64,000 nt of DNA from a virus: IMG/VR virus record IMGVR_UViG_3300027760_000838, one strand, 5' to 3'. The position numbers and the translations under genes were made by a program. A model generated the notes under the pieces. It saw only the letters and a program-made list of their open reading frames with translations, was not told the DNA's origin and ran no database searches. Shown here piece after piece: positions 48,712 to 57,608 of this stretch. Each line of letters begins with the position of its first letter. The first letter of the stretch is position 1.

Positions 48712-49569
48712 TTAAGGTAACAAAAACTCTTTTACTCTTGGCAAGTCAAAAACTAGCTTGGGCAATAAACTAGTATCATAGGCCTGCATGATGTGATTAT
48801 CACGTCCTAATGGATCAGTACTGCCAACCTTAACTTCATGACTGCCAATAAACTCATTCAATGCTGTCTTGTCGCCTTGGCCTGCACTGTTGGGAATGTC
48901 GTCTTGATAATGCATAAACGACTGATATTTAATTTGATTACGAGCACCACCGCCCATCCAACTAAAATGCCAACCTGCGTTCTGCACTACACCGCCATCC
49001 ATTGTAAAGATATCTCTATATACCACATTGAAGTAGCCTTTACTATGGCTTTCTCTAATTTCACTTAAGGTATACTTTTCTTTGTGATGACCCATACAGA
49101 CAAAACCAGGACTCCACGCAATGGCCTTACCAAGTGGATCGTATGCTTGCAAGTCAGCTCTGCCCATTAGGAATGCCATGGGCAAACGTAGGATGCTATT
49201 TGCATTATTTTTGGCTACCATAGCATAGTAATCAATAAAGCTAGGATTCATAATCTCGTCGCAATCGCTAATAAACGCTAAGTCATTGTAGCCAATATAT
49301 TCAGCGGCAGCATCACGTTGCATACGTTCACGAGCATGATCGTCTTGTAGTTCTTCCTTTGGAGGCAGATGTACAGTGACAATACGGATTTTATCTCTTG
49401 GTAAGCCTAACTCATCAATGGTCTTTGACACGGTGAGTTCTTTGGGTTTGCCACTGTGTGTTCTATCTGCTTCGCAAATAACAAATTCATCCACATGATC
49501 TTTCAACAAGTTAATGCGTAGTTCAAGCAACTCACGCTCATTGAAGTATGGGAAACAATCTTTAATCAT
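48712..49569 (-). CDS. GT17-like glycosyltransferase (MGAT3-like)
   Basis: DCFPYFNERELLELRI, EADRTHSGKPK, ERMQRD, ISDCDEI, GWHFSW. Confidence 0.8.
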   Translation of the reverse strand: MIKDCFPYFNERELLELRINLLKDHVDEFVICEADRTHSGKPKELTVSKTIDELGLPRDKIRIVTVHLPPKEELQDDHARERMQRDAAAEYIGYNDLAFISDCDEIMNPSFIDYYAMVAKNNANSILRLPMAFLMGRADLQAYDPLGKAIAWSPGFVCMGHHKEKYTLSEIRESHSKGYFNVVYRDIFTMDGGVVQNAGWHFSWMGGGARNQIKYQSFMHYQDDIPNSAGQGDKTALNEFIGSHEVKVGSTDPLGRDNHIMQAYDTSLLPKLVFDLPRVKEFLLP

Positions 49570-50546
49570 AATTCGCCTTTAATAAACTTTTCTAAAATGT
49601 CCATATCCATTCTTAGGATATAGGCAGCATTGTCTTGGAAACCAAAACTGATCAACATATCTGTACCTTGTTGTGCCATGCCCACAGCAAACTCCACGTG
49701 AGCATCCATAAAAGCAAAGTCTCTACTATAGGCAATCAAGTTAAACTTGTCGTCCCACAATAAAAAGCGATGTCTATACACGCCATCTTTACGACCCACT
49801 TCACTTTTGAACAAGTTCACTTCATGTACTACAGCCAAGTAATATCCACGGAATTTTACTAGTTGACTGCCACCCCTAAAGTCCCCATTTAAAGGAATAC
49901 GTTCAGTTAAAAATGCAGTAGTGGCCACACCAGTTACGGGATCTACTTTGACTACTTCAGTGGGGTTACTCCACTTTACATAATGAAATGGCATGTCCAT
50001 TATGGGCATCCAATTCTTTTCACAATAACTGTCTTTGGGTGGTTCGATACGAACTCTACTGATTTCTTTTACAGTATCTTTATCCACAACGATTTCGCTA
50101 AGTTCCATACGACCTTGGCCAATCTTAGTAGTATCCCTACGAACACCGCTAAGATATAGTTTATTGTCCCAACGGAAGATACGAGCGTCTTCTAAACCTA
50201 CGAAGTCCCATTGAGGTTCGTAAGTGTCAAATGTACTAGTATCCACTTTGGTAAAACGTTGGATATTAAGATCATTGTCTAATTCACAATACCAATTCCA
50301 AGTCCGCAAATGCATGTCATTTTCTGGATGGATATAAGTTAGTGGACCCCACTGGTGTTGAAACAGTTTTGCCTCACTATGATAAAAAGTATAGTTTACA
50401 TGACGTAGATTAACTTTGATCTTGCCATCATCATCAATAAACATACTAGGGTTCATAAGACCTGTGCCTTCGGTTAGGCCAGCAGGAATAATCAATGGTC
50501 TAATTGCACCGCCATTGTCTAGTGCTAGTTTTGCTAAATTGTTCAT
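49566..50546 (-). CDS. Beta-propeller glycoside hydrolase/phosphorylase-like protein
   Basis: NPS, GLEDARIF, EKNWMP, RGGSQL, VEFAVG pattern. Confidence 0.65.
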   Translation of the reverse strand: MNNLAKLALDNGGAIRPLIIPAGLTEGTGLMNPSMFIDDDGKIKVNLRHVNYTFYHSEAKLFQHQWGPLTYIHPENDMHLRTWNWYCELDNDLNIQRFTKVDTSTFDTYEPQWDFVGLEDARIFRWDNKLYLSGVRRDTTKIGQGRMELSEIVVDKDTVKEISRVRIEPPKDSYCEKNWMPIMDMPFHYVKWSNPTEVVKVDPVTGVATTAFLTERIPLNGDFRGGSQLVKFRGYYLAVVHEVNLFKSEVGRKDGVYRHRFLLWDDKFNLIAYSRDFAFMDAHVEFAVGMAQQGTDMLISFGFQDNAAYILRMDMDILEKFIKGEL

Positions 50547-50592
50547 ATGCCTATTATAATTGTTTTAATATGTAAGTCAATATAATTTGGCA

Positions 50593-50757
50593 TTATCCGC
50601 CACGACCTGCTGCTTTTTTCATAGGTTTGTTAGGCATTACTGGTGCTTTAACACCTTTGGTAGGATCACCATTGGCTTGTAATTTACCACCGCTACCCTT
50701 AGCGGCCTGCTTTTTTGCTAATGCTTCTTTGATAGAGTCTGATAATTTCGTCATCAT
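50593..50757 (-). CDS. Small basic protein (54 aa)
   Basis: Hand translation MMTKLSDSIKEALAKKQAAKGSGGKLQANGDPTKGVKAPVMPNKPMKKAAGRGG; SD GAGGAGG. Confidence 0.6.
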   Translation of the reverse strand: MMTKLSDSIKEALAKKQAAKGSGGKLQANGDPTKGVKAPVMPNKPMKKAAGRGG

Positions 50758-50936
50758 ACAGCCTCCTCAGCAATATTAGCTTTGAATTCGGTCTTACTTG
50801 GTTTGATTTTAACTGCTGCTGCCAATTCGGAAGCAATAATAGCTCTTTTAAGAATACCTCTATAATGAGGGTCAATAATTTGTGCAAGGTCACGTTTGCC
50901 TTGTTTGCTCATTTTATAATTCTTATCTGCCTTCAA
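50754..50936 (-). CDS. Hypothetical protein (60 aa)
   Basis: SD GAGG; 4-nt overlap with the next ORF. Confidence 0.6.
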   Translation of the reverse strand: MKADKNYKMSKQGKRDLAQIIDPHYRGILKRAIIASELAAAVKIKPSKTEFKANIAEEAV

Positions 50937-50957
50937 TTCATTTCCTCTTTATGTTAT

Positions 50958-51047
50958 TGGCGGAGCGTTAGGGAGTCGAACCCTATCAACGCTTTGAGAC
51001 GTTGTACGGATTAGCAATCCGCTGCCTTACCATCCGGCCCACGCTCC
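50958..51047 (-). tRNA. tRNA-Ser(GCT)
   Basis: 90 nt, long variable arm, GCGGA-TTGCTAA-TCCGT, CCA. Confidence 0.93.
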
Positions 51048-51072
51048 GTGTCTTTTACTTATACTCTGTGTG

Positions 51073-51160
51073 TGGCGGAAGCGGTGAGATTCGAACTCAC
51101 GGAGCCTTTCGACTCTTCAGTTTTCAAGACTGACGGATTAAACCACTCTCCCACACTTCC
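51073..51160 (-). tRNA. tRNA-Ser(TGA)
   Basis: 88 nt, TCAGT-CTTGAAA-ACTGA, CCA. Confidence 0.93.
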
Positions 51161-51172
51161 CTACTTGTTTAA

Positions 51173-51248
51173 TGGAGCGGGAGACGAGTCTCGAACTCGC
51201 GACATTTACCTTGGCAAGGTAATGCTCTACCAACTGAGCTACTCCCGC
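51173..51248 (-). tRNA. tRNA-Gly(GCC)
   Basis: 76 nt, TTACC-TTGCCAA-GGTAA, CCA. Confidence 0.95.
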
Positions 51249-51253
51249 ATATT

Positions 51254-51337
51254 TGGTGCCCCAGGGGAGACTCGAACTCCCACGCCTCTCGGCACTGGCT
51301 TCTAAGACCAGCGTGTCTACCATTCCACCACCAGGGC
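51254..51337 (-). tRNA. tRNA-Leu(TAG)
   Basis: 84 nt, CTGGT-CTTAGAA-GCCAG, CCA; G1 is shared with the HNH stop codon. Confidence 0.95.
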
Positions 51338-51645
51338 TAATTTCTTCTTCTAAACCTAAACGCTAAATCTTCCATGACACTACGATTTTCAAAACGCACA
51401 CGATCCTGTCTGTTCTCACTGGCCGTACCCCAATACAAATGTCTTGGATTGCTACACAAGCCATTATGGCAAGCATGGCATACATGAATCATATGACCAC
51501 TGGGCATGGTCGTTTCCAACAAGTGTGCCAATAATCCTTTACAGTAAGTACTGCCACCGCCTCTTTCTATACAGGATTCATCAAGATCCAAATGTTCCTG
51601 ACGAAGTGCTTTTGGTTTTAGAATATAATCGTATATGTCTTCCAC
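51337..51645 (-). CDS. Free-standing HNH (His-Me finger) endonuclease, 102 aa
   Basis: VCHACHNGLCSNPRHLYWGTASEN motif. Confidence 0.8.
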   Translation of the reverse strand: MEDIYDYILKPKALRQEHLDLDESCIERGGGSTYCKGLLAHLLETTMPSGHMIHVCHACHNGLCSNPRHLYWGTASENRQDRVRFENRSVMEDLAFRFRRRN

Positions 51646-51658
51646 CTAATATTTAACG

Positions 51659-51896
51659 CAACTTATTGATCATGGCTTGAATTATGAATAACAATCGCCC
51701 TGTTATCATTGCCAGGAATTCACACTTCCTCGGGTACTCTTATTGCTAGGGTAGCTACTCCCATGATTCGTAGTACACACATTGTGTTCAGGTTAACCTT
51801 AGACGATGTCTAAGTGAGCCGGCACTCCCCCAAATACAGACTTAGGCCTAGGCTGGTGGACACAGCCATTTTCTCCAAGCCATGATCAATAAGTTG
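51659..51896 (-). ncRNA. Candidate ~240-nt structured RNA closed by a 21-bp perfect inverted repeat
   Basis: 51659-51679 is the exact reverse complement of 51876-51896; interior has at least four local hairpins and no plausible ORF; strand inferred from the flanking tRNAs. Confidence 0.6.
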
Positions 51897-51970
51897 GTAC
51901 ACCCAACGGGATTCGAACCCGTGTTCTTGCCGTGAAAGGGCAATGTCCTAGGCCTCTAGACGATGGGTGC
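51895..51970 (-). tRNA. tRNA-Glu(TTC)
   Basis: 76 nt, TTGCC-CTTTCAC-GGCAA, CCA. Confidence 0.95.
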
Positions 51971-52011
51971 TTAACTTGTTTAACTTGTTAAAGAACGCTT
52001 ACTAAGTCATT

Positions 52012-52040
52012 AGTATAGCATCAGAGCACTACACTGTCAA
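52012..52040 (-). promoter_or_regulatory. Sigma70 promoter TTGACA-N17-TATACT for the tRNA cluster
   Basis: Near consensus, about 40 nt upstream of tRNA-Glu. Confidence 0.75.
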
Positions 52041-52045
52041 CACTT

Positions 52046-52615
52046 TTATCTGGGATCTAGCAAATATTCTGCAAGTTTGGCAGTCAATTTTTCCACAGAA
52101 TAATTTTTCTCTACTTGGAATACTGCCATTCTGCCCTGCTGCTCTTTTACAGGCGAAAACTCTTCCACAACAAAATAATGAGGTCTAGGCTCATAATAAT
52201 CATCAAACAATATGGTAACACCTTCTTTGGCACACATCAAACTATACAAGAATGAAGCCACTCTAAAACGTCCATCAATCAATACAACATCTGGAATTAA
52301 GTTGTGTTTTTGTGCAACCTGCCAAGGAGTTATAGTGTACTTCCAAAAATTTTCAATGTGATCTTTATTTTTTGGATATCCCCATTCTTTGACAGGCCCG
52401 ATATCGCAATGCTCTAATAATAAAGTTGAATTGGACAAGTTGGTAATTTGTTTAATCCAATCTGGATCAGACTCTATGCTTATGATATTTTCTATTTTGG
52501 CAACATTAGCAGCATATACTGTACTACCACCACAGCCATATTCCAAATAACATTGACTAGATTGTAATGTTCGTTTAAAACAATCCAATCCTGCTTGATC
52601 CATTGATGGTGTCAT
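52046..52615 (-). CDS. SAM-dependent (polysaccharide-type) methyltransferase-like protein
   Basis: YLEYGCGGST, SIESDPDW, VLIDGRFRVAS, ILFDDY. Confidence 0.75.
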   Translation of the reverse strand: MTPSMDQAGLDCFKRTLQSSQCYLEYGCGGSTVYAANVAKIENIISIESDPDWIKQITNLSNSTLLLEHCDIGPVKEWGYPKNKDHIENFWKYTITPWQVAQKHNLIPDVVLIDGRFRVASFLYSLMCAKEGVTILFDDYYEPRPHYFVVEEFSPVKEQQGRMAVFQVEKNYSVEKLTAKLAEYLLDPR

Positions 52616-53334
52616 AGTATTTTCTCGTTAAATTCCTGCCAATTTTGCTTGCTCAATGCAGTATATCTATCCAACTGCATAATAAGTCCAGGATCACTGC
52701 GCCATAAATTTACATCTTGCTTTTGTAATTCAATGCATAATGACACAGCCTTACAGACATTTGCGTGAAATAGTTCATTTTTGTTTAAGAAAAGATCCTT
52801 ATTTACAGCAAAAGTATAACAGCAATAGTCTGCTGTACGCCAATTAACTCCGGTTTGTTCGTCAAAATATTCTAAATTTTTATTGGGATAGTTATGAATG
52901 TATTTGAAGTCATTGGTATATTGTGCAGGATGATCATAATTGGTCACAAATTTTAATTGATCTATCACATTGGCTATGGCTGTTATGCTATTAGGTTTAT
53001 GTAAATAGTCATCCTCGATCAAATTAAAACTAGTATTCAATTCCTTACAAATATGTAATGTGTCTACACTACTGCTAAAATTTTCATTTCTAGACAATTT
53101 CACAATGGTGTGTTGTTTTGGAATCATTTCATATAATTCGCCTACGGTTCCGTCGTGAACAAAAATAACTTCTTTGACTACAGCCTTGGCCTGCTCAACG
53201 GCATTTAAAAAAGATGTCAAACATTTTCTTTTATCAAACCAACTAGGTCTGATATGGGCGGGTTGATTTCTAATATTTTTATCACAAAGTCGGTATACGC
53301 AACTGATCATATTAAATCCATAATTTAGGGTCAT
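52612..53334 (-). CDS. GT-A fold glycosyltransferase-like protein
   Basis: VIFVHDG, LIEDDYLH. Confidence 0.65.
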   Translation of the reverse strand: MTLNYGFNMISCVYRLCDKNIRNQPAHIRPSWFDKRKCLTSFLNAVEQAKAVVKEVIFVHDGTVGELYEMIPKQHTIVKLSRNENFSSSVDTLHICKELNTSFNLIEDDYLHKPNSITAIANVIDQLKFVTNYDHPAQYTNDFKYIHNYPNKNLEYFDEQTGVNWRTADYCCYTFAVNKDLFLNKNELFHANVCKAVSLCIELQKQDVNLWRSDPGLIMQLDRYTALSKQNWQEFNEKIL

Positions 53335-54034
53335 AATCTACAAACCCCCAACAACGTTGATTGAATTCATTATTTGGATTGAAATTGGAACTAGACCTAG
53401 AATTATGAAAAACTTTTTTTGCCTTTATCTTTGACACAATACTATCAACAAAATGAAACGGACCGCTAGGAATACAATGTATTTCTTCAGCATCTATAAT
53501 CAAATCAATCCAATCTAATAGATTTCTGCTTGCTGGTTTTATTTCTAATATTTCCATATGGGGGCTTATATGCTTTTCCCATTTAATATGGTTAGTTCCA
53601 TTACCGCCCTCAAAATGCACTAGTGCATATGGACCTTTTGGACGTAGTCTATCATAAAGTTCTCGCCTTCCTGGTATTTCCTTTGGTAAACGAAATTTGC
53701 TATATCTATACTCAAACGGTAGATTAGACCATTCGTACATACATTCTTGGTATCGATGCATTTCTACACGATGAGTAGCAATACCAAAAGGTCGAGCATT
53801 CAATTCCTGTGCTAGTTTTTGCACATAATCGTCATGAGTCTGTCCTAAGTTTTGATGCGGTGTGGTGACTAATTCAACACGGGGATTATCTTTATATAAA
53901 CATTGTAATGTTTCATCTTTGCTTTCTCTTCTTAGTAGATAAACAAAATTATTTTCGCTTAGATGATTTACAATACCATTGCAAATGATATGATCACCCA
54001 TGCCACATCTAGTATGAACTAAAAGTTTCTCCAT
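53312..54034 (-). CDS. GT-B/GT9-like glycan-related protein
   Basis: GMGDHIICNG, YALVH, LLDWIDLI..AEEIHCI.S. Confidence 0.5.
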   Translation of the reverse strand: MEKLLVHTRCGMGDHIICNGIVNHLSENNFVYLLRRESKDETLQCLYKDNPRVELVTTPHQNLGQTHDDYVQKLAQELNARPFGIATHRVEMHRYQECMYEWSNLPFEYRYSKFRLPKEIPGRRELYDRLRPKGPYALVHFEGGNGTNHIKWEKHISPHMEILEIKPASRNLLDWIDLIIDAEEIHCIPSGPFHFVDSIVSKIKAKKVFHNSRSSSNFNPNNEFNQRCWGFVDYDPKLWI

Positions 54035-54036
54035 AA

Positions 54037-55467
54037 TTATCTTATAATCAATATAACGTCGTCGGCACGCTGCCCTTTAAAGAATCCTACTACTTTGACA
54101 TGATAGGGCAAGCTTTGTTCTTTAATATAGGCCTTTAGCATTTCATCCAGTTCTACAATGCCATAAACACTTTCAACTATGTAAGTGCCATTGTTGGCCA
54201 AATAGGGTATGAAATTTTTAAATGTATTAAATTGTGATTGTGGATTATGATCACCGTCATCAAGAATAAATTTGAATTTTAAGTCATCGAACTTTTCTTT
54301 TACCTGCTCTTTATTAGTACTGTCACAGGTCACAAGATGTATTCTAGGATAGTTATTATTAATGTGTGTGGTCATAGAGGGTACATCAATAATTCGTCCA
54401 TAATGATCAACAGTTTGACTCCAATTATCAATGCCGTAAATTTCAGCCTTAGTTAAAAAGTCATTGAACATGCGGAGACTACCGCAGGTCAATGCACCAA
54501 TTTCTAAAAAGTTGATGTTATGGTTTTGATACGGTCCAAAAATTATGTCATATGTTTCAATATAACTATGTGTAGTCCCCTTATCGGTTTCATAGCTAGT
54601 ATGTATATCTTTTAATTTTATAGGCGATGTCATTTCCTGTAATAATTTTGCCACTTGTAAAAAGGTGCTTGTAAAATCTGTTTCAATCAAGGTACTACGA
54701 CTCAGTATGACCAAATCTACCATGGCCTGCACAACACTTTCACTGCTACGATTTACGTTATATGGAAAGTTTGCACCAGTGCTGTCTCTTATAACAGTAT
54801 TCCAATCACCCTCCACTAGTTTTTCCACATAACTGGTTTTGTCATATTTAAATGTGTTTGCATACTGCATGAACTTGGCTTCTACTTCAGCACTATCACT
54901 GCAAATAAAAAATTGACTATCTTGATTATTGGCCACATGTGACAAATAATCGTCCAAGTTTATGTTCTTTGTATGGTCGGTCCAACGTAAATGAATACCA
55001 AAAAACTCTTTGTTGTTACATTTGTCTTTGATAACGGAACTAGCAATGTCTAAAATTCTTTGCTGAAAATCTAATTGACGTACTATTGGGCGTAGTAAAT
55101 TACGATCTATCCAAGGACACAATAGACTAGAAAAAAAGAAAATATCTTTATCTGGTTGTGTTCGCATAAAATCAGTTATGCCCACGTGTATCCACATGGG
55201 ATTTTGTACTACTAGCTCTGGCTGAAATGGATTCCAGTGCATGAAATTATTAGTATCATGTTGACTGAAAAAAGTTTCTTTGTCAAACTCTTTAAATTCT
55301 TCCAAGCTACTATCAAATAAGTCAGTGAAGGTCGCCCCACACCAATTATTGACAGGCCAAATAATCTTAGGTATGTAGTTACAGTGTTTGGCTATGAATA
55401 ATCCGTTTAATAGATTATTGAATCTATTGCCAAAACCGCCATCACAGTAGATGTATATTGTGTTCAC
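54037..55467 (-). CDS. Fusion of an O-fucosyltransferase-like (NodZ/GT23-type) domain and a class I methyltransferase
   Basis: GGFGNRFNNL, GIHLRWTD, FFICSD, STFLQ; then DKGTTHSY, FLEIG, FILDDGDH, YIVE. Confidence 0.7.
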   Translation of the reverse strand: MNTIYIYCDGGFGNRFNNLLNGLFIAKHCNYIPKIIWPVNNWCGATFTDLFDSSLEEFKEFDKETFFSQHDTNNFMHWNPFQPELVVQNPMWIHVGITDFMRTQPDKDIFFFSSLLCPWIDRNLLRPIVRQLDFQQRILDIASSVIKDKCNNKEFFGIHLRWTDHTKNINLDDYLSHVANNQDSQFFICSDSAEVEAKFMQYANTFKYDKTSYVEKLVEGDWNTVIRDSTGANFPYNVNRSSESVVQAMVDLVILSRSTLIETDFTSTFLQVAKLLQEMTSPIKLKDIHTSYETDKGTTHSYIETYDIIFGPYQNHNINFLEIGALTCGSLRMFNDFLTKAEIYGIDNWSQTVDHYGRIIDVPSMTTHINNNYPRIHLVTCDSTNKEQVKEKFDDLKFKFILDDGDHNPQSQFNTFKNFIPYLANNGTYIVESVYGIVELDEMLKAYIKEQSLPYHVKVVGFFKGQRADDVILIIR

Positions 55468-56129
55468 TATTGTGTATCCACGCCGTAAAGATAAGTTTTC
55501 CAGAATATGTATTCTGAAGTTGATCTAAATTGTTCCACATGATCCATATCAACTAGGTCAGGATGCACCCACCAATCTTCAAACTCATAGCAATTTGGTA
55601 ATATCCTAACATTGGGCACTAATAAATCATATCCCATATTAGTTAAAAACTCTCTACTCTTTTCTCTAGTGCCATCTTTATCTAGATAGTTAGCATGTTC
55701 AAAAGTAATTACTGCACATTTATAACCACTGTCCAATAATTTAACCAGAGCTTGATATGTTGCTATACATGGTTCAATGTCCACACTGGCATAATCAATA
55801 ACGTTATCATGCCAACCTAAATCGTTGAATATTTTGGCATAGTCTGCTGTTACTGCGTCTTGTAATAGAGCCTTATTAGTTCTTCGTTGATTAAAAGCAT
55901 TTACACAGTATTGTGAAATATCTAAACTAACACCAGTCCAATTATATAGTTTTTCCAAAGAATAGGTATTGTTGATAACTTCAGGTTCATGCCCGCCAAT
56001 TTCCACATATCTACCTTGTGTTTTTCCCTTTAGCATACTTAGAACAAATACATCTTGCCCTACTTGACTACGACTACCATTCATTATTGGTTCAATTCCA
56101 GGGAATTGATATTTTGATATAATATTCAT
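55467..56129 (-). CDS. FkbM-like methyltransferase
   Basis: SQVGQDVFV, YVEIG, IDYASVDIE, ITFEH, EDWWV. Confidence 0.75.
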   Translation of the reverse strand: MNIISKYQFPGIEPIMNGSRSQVGQDVFVLSMLKGKTQGRYVEIGGHEPEVINNTYSLEKLYNWTGVSLDISQYCVNAFNQRRTNKALLQDAVTADYAKIFNDLGWHDNVIDYASVDIEPCIATYQALVKLLDSGYKCAVITFEHANYLDKDGTREKSREFLTNMGYDLLVPNVRILPNCYEFEDWWVHPDLVDMDHVEQFRSTSEYIFWKTYLYGVDTQ

Positions 56130-56656
56130 CTAATCACTGCCGTGATAATGTCATCAGGAACGCAACCGTTTTCATATCCTACAGTATAGTTGGGATTAAT
56201 TTGTTTTAGCTTGCCAATGATTTCTGATTCTACTATGCCTGCTCCCCAATTGCCAACACCAAAGCAACGACGATCATCAATCATAATAGTGTGATTTTTG
56301 ATGGCATGTTGATGTATGGCTTCCAGTTCCATTGGCAACGGACATTTAACAGTGCCCAACGGCCCGCCGTCCCAGTGTGCATCTAACCAAAAAGTTGCCC
56401 TGCCTTCAAGGCGTTTAATTAGCTCGGGGAAAATAATTGAAGTGTCGCCTTCTATAATTTCCAAACTGCCTAGTTTGATAAGATCAGCATATTGCTGTTG
56501 ATTTGCTCGCACTAGGTCTGGATTTATTTCAATACTGTAAATCTTTTTAAATCCGCAAAGTATGGCCAATCTCACTGCTTCGCCATATGCAGTGCCAGTT
56601 TCTACAAATATGTCGTTGGGGTATTTTTCTAATACTGTTTTAGTTAGTGTTGTCAT
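56126..56656 (-). CDS. Class I SAM-methyltransferase-like protein
   Basis: FVETGT, YSIEI, GDTS, FWLDAH, IMIDD. Confidence 0.7.
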   Translation of the reverse strand: MTTLTKTVLEKYPNDIFVETGTAYGEAVRLAILCGFKKIYSIEINPDLVRANQQQYADLIKLGSLEIIEGDTSIIFPELIKRLEGRATFWLDAHWDGGPLGTVKCPLPMELEAIHQHAIKNHTIMIDDRRCFGVGNWGAGIVESEIIGKLKQINPNYTVGYENGCVPDDIITAVIR

Positions 56657-57608
56657 TTTGTTGTTGAATCCATTCGTATGTTTTTTTAATTCCCACTTCT
56701 AAAAGATAGTTAGGAACCCATCCTAATCGTTCTTGTATTAATAGGTTGTCACTGTTGCGTCCTCTTACTCCTAATGGTCCAGGAATATTCTTTATGGTGA
56801 GCTGCTTGCCTGATATTCTAATAGCCATTTCGGCTAACTCATTAATAGTAACCATTTCATCACTGCCAATATTAACTGGACCTTCGAAATCACTCTGCAT
56901 AAGCCTTCTAGTAGCTTCAATACATTTGTCAATGTATAGGAAACTGCGTGTTTGCTTTCCGTCACCCCATATTTCAATATGATCAGTAGCTTCAAGCACC
57001 TTACGACATATGGCTGCTGGTGCTTTTTCTTTGCCACCTTTGTATGTGCCTTCTGGTCCATAGATATTGTGATAACGGGCAATGCGTACTTGTATGTTAT
57101 AATTACGAGCATAGCTCAAGTACAATCTTTCACTGAACAATTTTTCCCAACCATATTCGCTGTCTGGGTTAGCAGGATAAGCACTGCTTTCTTCACAGTT
57201 AGGATCGTCTGGATCTAGTTGATTATGTTCGGGATAGATGCAAGCACTGCTGGAATAAAATATCTTTGGACGACAACCTTCTGGTTGCTTTTTAATTTCA
57301 TCCAACACATTGAGATTGATCATGGCGCTGTTATGCATGATGTCGGCGTCGTGATCTTTGGTAAAGATATATCCCGCACCTCCCATGTCAGCAGCAAATT
57401 GATATACTTCATCAAACCTTGTGGTAAACAATGCTGCTACAGTTTTTTGATTACGTAGATCACCTACAATAAATTTGTCTGCTTGGCTACTACTGAACTC
57501 GGGCTTTTTCAAATCTACGCCACAAACCCAATAGCCTTCTTCTCTTAATTGATTCACCATGTGGTTGCCAATAAAACCACCGGCTCCTAATACTAATGCT
57601 GTCTTCAT
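56640..57608 (-). CDS. GDP-mannose 3,5-epimerase-like NAD-dependent epimerase
   Basis: GAGGFIG, AADMGGAGYI, YSSSACIYP, YGWEKL, GGKEKAPAAICRK. Confidence 0.85.
   Translation of the reverse strand: MKTALVLGAGGFIGNHMVNQLREEGYWVCGVDLKKPEFSSSQADKFIVGDLRNQKTVAALFTTRFDEVYQFAADMGGAGYIFTKDHDADIMHNSAMINLNVLDEIKKQPEGCRPKIFYSSSACIYPEHNQLDPDDPNCEESSAYPANPDSEYGWEKLFSERLYLSYARNYNIQVRIARYHNIYGPEGTYKGGKEKAPAAICRKVLEATDHIEIWGDGKQTRSFLYIDKCIEATRRLMQSDFEGPVNIGSDEMVTINELAEMAIRISGKQLTIKNIPGPLGVRGRNSDNLLIQERLGWVPNYLLEVGIKKTYEWIQQQNDNTN

Noticed and set aside
47810-51323. ORF-track entries 47810-47992, 48538-48720, 51048-51305 and 51138-51323
   Set aside because: They overlap well-formed tRNA genes and are not credible proteins
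51680-51875. tmRNA-like hints in the inverted-repeat element (UCCACCA, GGGGG, and a GGC-AAU-GAU-AAC frame resembling a tag start)
   Set aside because: No T-arm before the CCA, no 5' strand complementary to the putative acceptor, and the frame does not end in an Ala-Ala-type tag
51659-51896. MITE/IS interpretation of the 21-bp terminal inverted repeats
   Set aside because: No target-site duplication, no transposase in the window, and the repeat overlaps the tRNA CCA; an RNA stem is more parsimonious though not proven
51659-51896. RNase P, group I intron, retron msr-msd or HDV-like/theta ribozyme identity
   Set aside because: RNase P GAGGAAAGUCC and group I P7 cores not found, no reverse transcriptase in the window, and the CUUCCUCG loop-like motif is on the wrong strand without matching P1/P1.1
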